A DNA stretch of 64,000 nt from Bryobacteraceae bacterium (GTDB taxonomy: Bacteria > Acidobacteriota > Terriglobia > Bryobacterales > Bryobacteraceae): assembly GCA_035295805.1 (NCBI GenBank), contig DATGII010000157.1, forward strand, positions 158-64,157. The letters run 5' to 3'. Below are positions 36,185 through 43,798 of this stretch, in pieces (position 1 is the stretch's first letter; each line of letters begins with the position of its first letter). The position numbers and the translations under genes were made by a program. The notes beneath the pieces were generated by a model. The model searched no databases. It was not told the DNA's origin and worked only from the letters and a program-made list of their open reading frames with translations.

Positions 36185-36976
36185 CTACTTGCCGACCAGG
36201 TGTTCGACGTCGCGATTGTTTTCCTGGCAGATGTACTCGATTAACTCGCCGCGCAGCATCGTGGGATGAGTCGTGAACGTCCACGGCCTCGTGTACGCCT
36301 TTGGATCATCCACCGTGTGTTCGATGTCCATGTGGCCGAGATCGATCCGGTGGAATTTCTCGATTACGTGCAGGGCCTCGGTCGTGGGGAGGCCAGACTC
36401 ATCGATCCACGTTCTGCCGTTGAGCCCGACCGTATCCACTACGAATGTCTCGTCGTCCCAATGACCGATCGATTCGCCAAGCCAGGAAGGATTCGGATCC
36501 GCGCTGTGCGGCCGGCCGTCGGCGAAGATCTGCCGCCATACGTGGGCCCCGCCTTCGTAAACGATCACGGTGAGATTTGGAGTCTGGACAATGCGGAACG
36601 GATAGGGCGTTGTGCTCATGCGCGGTACACCAGGAGGCAGGCAGCGCGCTTCGGGATCGTCCTTGGAGATGTTCGTCTTACGTTCCTTGTACAGGGCTTC
36701 GGCCCACGGTTGAAACGGGACCTGCACGCCGCTGCCCACCATATCCACGTTCTGGCGGATGGCGTTGGGCTCCCAGTTGCCGGATAGGTCCGGTTTACCG
36801 TCGGCCGTGCGCGGCGTCGGACCGGCGGGCGGCCAGTTGGGCCGCGCCCCGCCGCGAGCCCGCGGACCGGGGCCGCCGCCGGCCGCTGGTGCGGGCGGAG
36901 CCTGGGCTTGAACAAACGGAGCAGCCAGCAGCGAAACCGCCGCGGCCATCAAGACGAACGTCAGGGATTTCATCAA
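36185..36976 (-). CDS. exported protein of an uncharacterised family (DGKPD-L-x-G-x-W ... GHWxxxT(L/F)VVD ... LHV(V/I)E(R/K)F), paralogue 1
   Basis: 263-aa ORF with signal MMKSLTFVLMAAAVSLLAAPFVQA. Shares RTADGKPDLSGNWEP, CLPPGVPR, GHWDDETFVVDTVGLN...WID, ALHVIEKFHR with the ORFs at 39663 and 40406. Confidence 0.75.
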   Translation of the reverse strand: MMKSLTFVLMAAAVSLLAAPFVQAQAPPAPAAGGGPGPRARGGARPNWPPAGPTPRTADGKPDLSGNWEPNAIRQNVDMVGSGVQVPFQPWAEALYKERKTNISKDDPEARCLPPGVPRMSTTPYPFRIVQTPNLTVIVYEGGAHVWRQIFADGRPHSADPNPSWLGESIGHWDDETFVVDTVGLNGRTWIDESGLPTTEALHVIEKFHRIDLGHMDIEHTVDDPKAYTRPWTFTTHPTMLRGELIEYICQENNRDVEHLVGK

Positions 36977-37058
36977 TTCCTCCTCGGGGAGGCCGGGTTT
37001 CCGATTGAGTAATGCTTGGCGATTAAAAATACGAAGTGGCGCCGATGATCAGACCCCA

Positions 37059-37070
37059 AATGCATGCATT
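37059..37070. promoter_or_regulatory. candidate operator, 12-bp palindrome AATGCATGCATT
   Basis: Read directly from the sequence. Lies 83-94 nt upstream of the 36976 start, in the divergent intergenic region. Confidence 0.55.
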
Positions 37071-37183
37071 ACCGCGAACCGTTGCTCCAGTATAGGGTTC
37101 GATTCCGCGGCTTGTCAATGTAACCAACGCCCGCTTCCCGACGCCGGAAACCACGCGGAAATGCCGGCGAATCCGGCGCTCGG

Positions 37184-37193
37184 GTGCATGCAC
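37184..37193. promoter_or_regulatory. candidate operator, 10-bp palindrome GTGCATGCAC
   Basis: Read directly. It abuts a possible TTAACA(37197-37202)-18nt-TATAAA(37221-37226) promoter of the GntR gene. Confidence 0.5.
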
Positions 37194-37250
37194 AAATTAA
37201 CAAAAACCCGCCGCTTTTGCTATAAAGTATGGAGCCAGGGAAGGTGAGGC

Positions 37251-38021
37251 GTGGGCGAGAAACCGAACATTCAGAGCATGCCGCCGGGCAAAGAATCCGG
37301 ATCGTCCTCGCAAACCGCGCGCGCCACTCTGGCGCTCCGCGAAATGCTGGTGCAAGGGCGCTTCCGTCCCGGCGAGCGGATTCGCGAAGTGCCCCTGGCC
37401 GCCGAATTGAAGGTCTCCCGCATCCCGCTGCACCTGGCCTTGGAACGGCTGGCGCACGAGGGCTTTCTGCAAATCCGGCCCACCCGCGGCTTCGTGGTCC
37501 AGGGATTCTCCACCGACGACATCTTCGACGCGATTGAATTGCGCGGCCTGCTCGAGGGCGAGGCGGCCCGCCTCGCCACCGAACGATTGCGCGACCCCCG
37601 GGATCTGGAACCGCTGCAGCAAGCCAGCCGCGAAATTTTGACGCTGATCCGGCGGCGCAAACTCACCATCGACGGCTTCAACCTCTATATCGAATTGAAC
37701 GCCAGCTTTCATAGCGCTCTGCTCGATCTCTCGCGCAGCCGCATGCTGCGCCGCGCCGTCGAACAGGCCTGCTCGCTGCCGTTTGCGTCGCCCAGCGCTT
37801 TCCTGAAACGGCAGTATGTAACGCCCGAGTTGCAGGAATTGTTCCTGATTTCCGCCGACCAGCATCGCGCGATTGTCGAGGCGATCGCCAATCACGAGAG
37901 CATGCGCGCCGAGGCGCTCACCCGCGAGCACGCCCGCGTCGCCCGCCGCAACCTGGAAAACGCCCTGCAAAACCGCGAACAACTGCAAGGCATCGCGGGC
38001 GCCCGGCTCATCCACTTGTAG
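37251..38021 (+). CDS. GntR-family transcriptional regulator (FadR/FCD-type C-terminal domain)
   Basis: 256-aa ORF (GTG start, AGGTGAGG upstream). Winged-helix region LREMLVQGRFRPGERIREVPLAAELKVSRIPLHLALERLAHEGFLQIRPTRGFVV. Confidence 0.88.
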   Translation: MGEKPNIQSMPPGKESGSSSQTARATLALREMLVQGRFRPGERIREVPLAAELKVSRIPLHLALERLAHEGFLQIRPTRGFVVQGFSTDDIFDAIELRGLLEGEAARLATERLRDPRDLEPLQQASREILTLIRRRKLTIDGFNLYIELNASFHSALLDLSRSRMLRRAVEQACSLPFASPSAFLKRQYVTPELQELFLISADQHRAIVEAIANHESMRAEALTREHARVARRNLENALQNREQLQGIAGARLIHL

Positions 38022-38028
38022 CCCCGCG

Positions 38029-38040
38029 GATGCATGCATC
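38029..38040. promoter_or_regulatory. candidate operator, 12-bp palindrome GATGCATGCATC
   Basis: Read directly. Begins 8 nt after the GntR stop. Confidence 0.5.
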
Positions 38041-38104
38041 TGCGTGCGCGCTCTATCGCGCCGTCGCGCCGCCCACTGCCGCAAAAGACCACATTTGACG
38101 CGGG

Positions 38105-38134
38105 TTGACAGCACTCGCGGCCTCCGAATATAAT
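38105..38134 (+). promoter_or_regulatory. sigma70-type promoter of the dioxygenase operon
   Basis: TTGACA (38105-38110), an 18-nt spacer, then TATAAT (38129-38134). Lies 134 nt upstream of ATG 38268. Confidence 0.65.
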
Positions 38135-38151
38135 TCGATCCTGCGCCGGAG

Positions 38152-38161
38152 TTGCATGCAA
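38152..38161. promoter_or_regulatory. candidate operator, 10-bp palindrome TTGCATGCAA, just downstream of the -10
   Basis: Read directly. Starts 18 nt after the TATAAT, a repressor-type position. Confidence 0.55.
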
Positions 38162-38267
38162 TCTTACGTTGGGTCGCCTCCCGCCAGGGAAGGTCCGGCC
38201 CTCCCCTTCCTCCGGCCGATGCGGCAGACCCCGTTTGCGCTAAAGTTGAATTTTTAGGAGATCTCTC

Positions 38268-39239
38268 ATGGATTACCCACTCACCGGATATCACCACATC
38301 ACCGCTTGCGCCGGAGGCGCCCAGGACGATATCAATTTCTTTACGCAAGCGCTTGGCCTGCGCATGGCCAAGCAGACCGTGCTCATGGATGGCAAGATTC
38401 CGGTCTATCACTTGTATTACTCGAACGCGAAGATCGAACCTGGATCCGTCATGACCACGTTTCCTTACAGCCGCCTCCAGGGGCGGCGCGGCTCCGGCCA
38501 GGTCTATGCCACCGCGTTTACCGTTGCCAAAGGCACTCTCCCGTTCTGGAAGGATCACCTGAAGCGCCATAACATCGAACAGGAACCCGCCGCTGAACGC
38601 TTCGGACAGTCGTTTATCCGGTTCAATCATCCCTCGGGACTGCAATTCGAGGTCATCGAGGATAAAGAGGACCAGCGGGAAGGCTGGACCACGCCGCAGA
38701 TCGGGCTCGGCGAAGCGGTCCGCGGCTTCCATGGCTCGGTACTATCGGTCCGTGAGATCCCCGAAACCGAGCGATTCTTCATTGACGCCCTCGGCTTCCG
38801 CAAAACGGGGGTCGACGGCGCCTATCATCGCTTTGAGACAGGCACCGGCGGCGCCAACAAAACCATTACCCTTCTGCATCAGCCCGACCGGCCCGCCGGA
38901 AGCTGGACCTTCGGCGCCGGCACCCATCATCACATCGCGCTCTGGGGCGCCGATGACGACGCGCTCACGCGCCAGAAGGCCATCTACGAAGAACTCGGCT
39001 ACACCGACGCTTCCGAAATCAAAGACCGCTTCTATTTCCACTCGATGTACTGCCGCTGCCCGGGCGGAATCCTGGTCGAGAGCTGCTGCAATGTGCCGGG
39101 CGGCTTCGAGAAGGATGAACCGAAGGAAAAGCTCGGTACGACGCTGCACTTGCCGCCATGGTGGGCCGACCGCAAACAGGAAATGATGAAGGTGCTGGAA
39201 CCGATTCGCGTTCCCGAAACCGCGACCCACCGCAATTGA
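38268..39239 (+). CDS. ring-cleaving dioxygenase, two-domain VOC (glyoxalase/extradiol) family, MhqO-like
   Basis: 323-aa ORF preceded by TAGGAG. Starts MDYPLTGYHHITACAGGAQDDINFFTQALGLRMAKQTV. The second VOC repeat has GFHGSVLSV...HHIALW. Confidence 0.82.
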   Translation: MDYPLTGYHHITACAGGAQDDINFFTQALGLRMAKQTVLMDGKIPVYHLYYSNAKIEPGSVMTTFPYSRLQGRRGSGQVYATAFTVAKGTLPFWKDHLKRHNIEQEPAAERFGQSFIRFNHPSGLQFEVIEDKEDQREGWTTPQIGLGEAVRGFHGSVLSVREIPETERFFIDALGFRKTGVDGAYHRFETGTGGANKTITLLHQPDRPAGSWTFGAGTHHHIALWGADDDALTRQKAIYEELGYTDASEIKDRFYFHSMYCRCPGGILVESCCNVPGGFEKDEPKEKLGTTLHLPPWWADRKQEMMKVLEPIRVPETATHRN

Positions 39240-39252
39240 TTCGCGCATCGTC

Positions 39253-39666
39253 ATGAAGAACCGCTTGATGATTTTGATTTGCGGCGGCGCGCTGGCTCTG
39301 ATTCCCGGCACAGTTTCGGCGCACCACTCCTTCGCTGCCGAGTACGACGCCAATAAGCCCGTCACGTTGAAAGGCAGGGTGACCAAGGTGGATTGGGTCA
39401 ACCCCCACTCTTGGGTTCACGTCGACGTTACCGACGCCAACGGCAAGGTGACCAACTGGAGTTGCGAGACGGCGCCTCCCAACATCCTCTATCGCCAGGG
39501 CTGGAGACCGAACAGCCTCAAAGAAGGCGACGAGGTCACAATCGAAGGTTTCGCGGCAAAGGATGCCACCGCCACCATGACCGCCAACTCGGTCACCTTG
39601 GCGAATGGCCGCAGGATGTTCGTGGGCTCCAACAAAGACGGCGCGCCCTCCGAGTCGAAGAAATGA
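39253..39666 (+). CDS. DUF6152-like small exported protein
   Basis: 137-aa ORF: MKNRLMILICGGALALIPGTVSA/HHSFAAEYDANKPVTLKGRVTKVDWVNPHSWVHVDV... Confidence 0.75.
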   Translation: MKNRLMILICGGALALIPGTVSAHHSFAAEYDANKPVTLKGRVTKVDWVNPHSWVHVDVTDANGKVTNWSCETAPPNILYRQGWRPNSLKEGDEVTIEGFAAKDATATMTANSVTLANGRRMFVGSNKDGAPSESKK

Positions 39667-40409
39667 GTGCGGCTCGCGCGCTCATCGCCTGCGCCGCGCT
39701 GATCGCTTCGCTATCGGGCCAAACGAGAGCCTATCGCGCTCCCCGTACACCCGACGGGAAGCCCGATTTACAGGGCATCTGGGAGGCGCGCTCCACCGCC
39801 GGCGGCAATCTCGAAGCGCACAGCGCCGCGCTCGGGATACGCGCCGGAGAGAGCGTGATCGTCGACCCTGCGGATGGCAGGATCCCGTATCAACCCGCGG
39901 CGCGCGAAAAGCAGAAAGAGAATTTTCTGAACCGGGCGGCAGCCGACCCCATCGCCAAGTGTTATCTGCCGGGCGTGCCGCGCGTCACCTACATGCCCTA
40001 CCCGTTCCAGATTTTTCAGACGCCGGAATTTGTCGCCCTCACCTACGAGTATGTCCATGCGTCGCGCACCATCCACATGAACAAATCCGAACACCTGGAC
40101 GGCATCGAATTCTGGATGGGCGATTCCCGCGGGCATTGGGAAGGTGAGACCTTGGTGGTGGACGTGGCCGATAACAACGGCGACACTTGGCTGGACTCCT
40201 CGGGCAACTTTCACAGCTCGGCTCTGCACGTCGTCGAACGCTACACCCGGACTGGGCCGGATACTTTACAATACGAAGCGGCCCTTGAGGATCCCAAGGT
40301 GCTCACCCGCCCGTTCACCATCAGCATTCCGTTGTACCGACACACCGGCAAAAACGCGCAATTGTACGAATACGAATGTCACGTCTATCAGGAGGAAAGC
40401 AGGAAATGA
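39663..40409 (+). CDS. exported protein of the same uncharacterised family, paralogue 2
   Basis: The start is set at MSAARALIACAALIASLSG (ATGA overlap with the DUF6152 stop); the track ORF starts at 39393. Contains RTPDGKPDLQGIWEA, CYLPGVPR, GHWEGETLVVDVADNN...WLD, ALHVVERYTR. Confidence 0.75.
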   Translation: MSAARALIACAALIASLSGQTRAYRAPRTPDGKPDLQGIWEARSTAGGNLEAHSAALGIRAGESVIVDPADGRIPYQPAAREKQKENFLNRAAADPIAKCYLPGVPRVTYMPYPFQIFQTPEFVALTYEYVHASRTIHMNKSEHLDGIEFWMGDSRGHWEGETLVVDVADNNGDTWLDSSGNFHSSALHVVERYTRTGPDTLQYEAALEDPKVLTRPFTISIPLYRHTGKNAQLYEYECHVYQEESRK

Positions 40410-41215
40410 TGCGGACGGCGGCGCTCGCGCTGGCCGTGCTGCTGCCGGTAGCGCTCCTGGCGCAAGGCCGCGGCCCGGGGCGCGCCCCCGGAAAGGCCGG
40501 CCCGTTCACGCGTCTGCCCGATGGCAAGCCAAACATGCAGGGCTACTGGGAGACGCTCAATTTCTTCTCGGCTTTCGACCTGGAAGGCCACGACAAAGCC
40601 GAGTTCGGCATTCCCGCCGGCAAGGGCGTTGTCGTCGATCCTGCCGATGGAAAAATCCCCTACCAGCCCTGGGCGCTGGCAAAGCGGAAGGACGTTCTCG
40701 AACACCACTTGTTCGATGACCCGCAGGCGCACTGTTGGCTTTCGGGCGTGCCGCGCCAGATGTACACCCCGTTCGGGTTCCAGATCCTCCAGCCGCCCGG
40801 CAATGTCGTCCTGCTCTACGAGGCGTTTCATTCCTACCGCATCATTCCTCTGAACGGCGCGCCGCACGCTTCCGATGCCATCCGCATGTTCGAAGGCGAT
40901 TCGCGCGGCCACTGGGAAGGCGACACGCTCGTCGTCGACGTCACCAACCAGAACGAGAAGACCTGGTTCGACATGTCGGGCAACTTTCATAGCGACGCGC
41001 TTCACGTAGTCGAGCGGTTTACGATGGCCGACGCGAACACCATCCGTTACCAGGCCACCCTCGACGATCCCAAAGTCTTTGCGCGGCCCTGGAAAATCGC
41101 CTTCGACCTGGGCCGCAACACCCAGCCCGACTACCAGCAGATGGAGTACGCCTGTGTCGAAGGCGAAAAAGACCTGCAGCATTACACCGAAAGCGAGGGG
41201 GCCAGGAAAAAGTAA
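40406..41215 (+). CDS. exported protein of the same uncharacterised family, paralogue 3
   Basis: The start is set at MMRTAALALAVLLPVALLAQG (ATGA overlap with the previous stop). Contains RLPDGKPNMQGYWET, CWLSGVPR, GHWEGDTLVVDVTNQN...WFD, ALHVVERFTM. Confidence 0.75.
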   Translation: MMRTAALALAVLLPVALLAQGRGPGRAPGKAGPFTRLPDGKPNMQGYWETLNFFSAFDLEGHDKAEFGIPAGKGVVVDPADGKIPYQPWALAKRKDVLEHHLFDDPQAHCWLSGVPRQMYTPFGFQILQPPGNVVLLYEAFHSYRIIPLNGAPHASDAIRMFEGDSRGHWEGDTLVVDVTNQNEKTWFDMSGNFHSDALHVVERFTMADANTIRYQATLDDPKVFARPWKIAFDLGRNTQPDYQQMEYACVEGEKDLQHYTESEGARKK

Positions 41216-41231
41216 GCGGCCCGCCGGACAC

Positions 41232-42392
41232 ATGAAAACCAGCACGGAACGCATCCTCACCACTCACGTCGGCAGTCTGCCGCGTCCTCAGGAAGTCGCG
41301 GATTTGTTGTTCATGCAGGACCGCGGCGACCCATACGACCCCGCCCGCTTCGATGCCGTCATGCGGCGCGGCGTCGCCGAAGCCATTCGCCGGCAGCAGC
41401 AAGCCGGCATCGATATCGTCAGCGACGGCGAAACCAGCAAGATCAGCTACGCCACCTACATTCGCCATCGCCTCACCGGCTTTGAAGGCGATTCGCCGCG
41501 GCCCACGCCGCAGGATATCGACGAGCTGCCCGACTACCGCGACAAGCTCGTCAAAGAGGGCGCATCGGCGAAATATTTGCGGCCGGCCTGCAAAGGACCC
41601 ATCCAGGTGAAGAACCGCGAGCCGCTCGAACAGGATATCGCCCGCATGAAGGACGCCCTGGCCCAGGCGCAGGTGACCGAAGGCTTCATGAACGCCGTGT
41701 CGCCCGGCACCATCGCGGTCTTCCAGCCTAACGAATATTACCCCTCTCATGCCGCATACATGGAAGCGCTCGCCGGGGCCATGCGCGACGAATACGAGAC
41801 CATCGTGCAATCGGGCCTGCTGCTGCAGGTAGACTGTCCCGATCTGGCCATGGGACGCCACAGCCGCTTCCGCAATCTCAGCGACGAAGAATTCCTGCGC
41901 GCCGCCGAAATCCAGGTCGAGGCGCTCAATCACGCCTTGGCCCGCGTGCCCGCCGATCGCGTGCGCCTCCATATCTGTTGGGGCAATTACGAAGGCCCGC
42001 ATACGCACGATATTCCCCTCGAAAAGGTGCTGCCGCTGCTGTTCAAAGCCAAGCCGATGGCTCTGCTGATCGAAGGCGCCAACCCCCGCCATGAGCATGA
42101 GTGGGAGATTTGGAAGACGCACAAGCTTCCCGCTGATAAAATTCTCGTGCCCGGCGTGCTCGACTCCAGCTGCAATTTTGTCGAACACCCGCAGCTGGTG
42201 GCGCAGCGTCTGGTGCGCTATGCCGAGGGTGTCGGCCGCGAGCGTGTGATCGCCGGCACCGATTGCGGCTTCGGCACCTTCGCCGGCTTCGGTCCGGTCC
42301 ATCCGTCCATCTGCTGGCTCAAAATGCGGTCGCTGGCCGAAGGCGCGGCGCTGGCGTCGAAGAAGCTGTGGGGCGCGCGGTCTTCGGCATGA
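41232..42392 (+). CDS. cobalamin-independent methionine synthase (MetE C-terminal domain)-like protein 1
   Basis: The start is set at MKTSTERILTTHVGSLPRPQEV. Also has IDIVSDGE, HICWGN and TDCGF (candidate Zn ligands). 386 aa. Confidence 0.82.
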   Translation: MKTSTERILTTHVGSLPRPQEVADLLFMQDRGDPYDPARFDAVMRRGVAEAIRRQQQAGIDIVSDGETSKISYATYIRHRLTGFEGDSPRPTPQDIDELPDYRDKLVKEGASAKYLRPACKGPIQVKNREPLEQDIARMKDALAQAQVTEGFMNAVSPGTIAVFQPNEYYPSHAAYMEALAGAMRDEYETIVQSGLLLQVDCPDLAMGRHSRFRNLSDEEFLRAAEIQVEALNHALARVPADRVRLHICWGNYEGPHTHDIPLEKVLPLLFKAKPMALLIEGANPRHEHEWEIWKTHKLPADKILVPGVLDSSCNFVEHPQLVAQRLVRYAEGVGRERVIAGTDCGFGTFAGFGPVHPSICWLKMRSLAEGAALASKKLWGARSSA

Positions 42393-43540
42393 AGCGAAGC
42401 GAGCACCGGATTCTCACCACCCACGTCGGCAGCCTCATCCGGCCCGGGGAACTGCGCGATCTCTCCGCGGCCGCGGAAAAGGATCCCGCCCAGGCGGCGC
42501 ACTATGAGTCGGCGCTGCGCCAGGCCGTCGCCGAGGTCGTCCAACACCAGGCGCGCGTCGGTATCGATATCGTCAGTGACGGCGAGTACGGCAAAGCCAG
42601 CTGGTCCAACTACATCCTGAAACGCATCAGCGGATTTGAGATTCGCCCCGAGCAGAAGCGCACGCTCCCCTGGCTTGGCCGCGACCGCGAGCGATTCCGC
42701 GACGCCATCGCGCAGGATATGCCCCGCCTGCTGACCGGCGTCCCCACCGAAGCCTGTACCGGTCCTGTCTCCTACCGCGACCCCGCGCCCATCCGGCGTG
42801 CCATCGAAAATTTCCAGGCCGCTCTGCGGCAGGTCTCGGTGGAAGAGGCATTTCTCACCGCCGTCGCTCCCGGCAGCACCGCCTACGACGGCGTCAACGA
42901 GTATTACTCGAGCGAAAAAGAGTACGTCTACGCAATTGCCGACGCGCTGCGCGAGGAATACCGCGCCATCCACCAATCCGGCGTGCTGCTGCAGGTGGAT
43001 GATGCCGTGCTCGCCAACATGTACGACGAGCTCGTGCAGGCCAGCCCCCAGCGCTATCGGGAATGGGCGAACCTGCGGGTCGAAGCCCTGAACCACGCCT
43101 TGACCGGCATCCCCGACGACCGCATTCGCTACCATGTCTGCTTCGGCAGTTGGCATGTGCCGCATGTCGCCGACGCTCCGCTCGATCAGATTGTCGATCT
43201 GATTCTCAAAGTCCGCGCCGGCGCCTACTCCATCGAAGCCGCCAACGTGCGCCACGAGCACGAGTGGCGGGTCTGGGAAAATGCCCGCCTGCCCAAAGCA
43301 AAGCTGCTCATCCCCGGTGTCATTACTCACCACACCGCCACCGTGGAGCATCCGCAAGCCGTGGCCGATCGCATTGTCCGCTTCGCCCGCCTCGTGGGCC
43401 GCGAGAATGTTATCGCGGGCTCCGATTGCGGTTTTGCGCAAGCCGACATGATCCAGCGCGTTCATCCTACCGTCATGTGGGCCAAGTTCGAGGCGCTCGT
43501 CGAAGGCGCGCGAATCGCCTCGAAAACGCTCTGGTCGTGA
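42389..43540 (+). CDS. cobalamin-independent methionine synthase (MetE C-terminal domain)-like protein 2
   Basis: The start is set at MKRSEHRILTTHVGSLIRPGEL (ATGA overlap with the previous stop). Also has IDIVSDGE, HVCFGSW, SDCGF. 383 aa. Confidence 0.82.
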   Translation: MKRSEHRILTTHVGSLIRPGELRDLSAAAEKDPAQAAHYESALRQAVAEVVQHQARVGIDIVSDGEYGKASWSNYILKRISGFEIRPEQKRTLPWLGRDRERFRDAIAQDMPRLLTGVPTEACTGPVSYRDPAPIRRAIENFQAALRQVSVEEAFLTAVAPGSTAYDGVNEYYSSEKEYVYAIADALREEYRAIHQSGVLLQVDDAVLANMYDELVQASPQRYREWANLRVEALNHALTGIPDDRIRYHVCFGSWHVPHVADAPLDQIVDLILKVRAGAYSIEAANVRHEHEWRVWENARLPKAKLLIPGVITHHTATVEHPQAVADRIVRFARLVGRENVIAGSDCGFAQADMIQRVHPTVMWAKFEALVEGARIASKTLWS

Positions 43541-43593
43541 AAGAGTTGATGCCCCCGCTGATACCTGCTATCGATTCGGTTGATACTGCGTTC

Positions 43594-43601
43594 TGCATGC
43601 A
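43594..43601. promoter_or_regulatory. candidate operator core TGCATGCA upstream of the TonB-dependent receptor promoter
   Basis: Read directly (ttcTGCATGCAatc). Confidence 0.45.
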
Positions 43602-43657
43602 ATCCACTGATGCCGGCGCATGGTTGTGAATTGTCGAAGGTGCGACCAATATTACCG

Positions 43658-43687
43658 TTGACATAGATTTCGCCCACGTCATATAAT
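43658..43687 (+). promoter_or_regulatory. sigma70-type promoter of the TonB-dependent receptor gene
   Basis: TTGACA (43658-43663), an 18-nt spacer, then TATAAT (43682-43687). Lies 112 nt upstream of ATG 43799. Confidence 0.65.
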
Positions 43688-43703
43688 CCAGCAAAACTGG
43701 TGG

Positions 43704-43715
43704 AATGCACGCATT
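43704..43715. promoter_or_regulatory. one-mismatch copy of the operator (AATGCACGCATT) downstream of the -10
   Basis: Read directly. Starts 17 nt after the TATAAT, the same geometry as at 38152. Confidence 0.4.
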
Positions 43716-43798
43716 TTGACTCGGGGTCCCTTCCGGCATTTGGGCCGTGTGTACCTGCGCGCCCGGAGTCTCTCAGTAGCCCTAGAGGAGGACCATTC

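Noticed and set aside
37197-38732. 511-aa - strand ORF spanning the GntR and dioxygenase genes
   Set aside because: It crosses an intergenic region containing a consensus promoter. It is antisense to two genes with recognisable domains, so it is a shadow ORF.
41019-43465. Two long - strand ORFs (41019-42302, 42218-43465)
   Set aside because: They are antisense to the two MetE-like genes, which have the conserved THVGSLPRP N-termini and are chained by an ATGA overlap.
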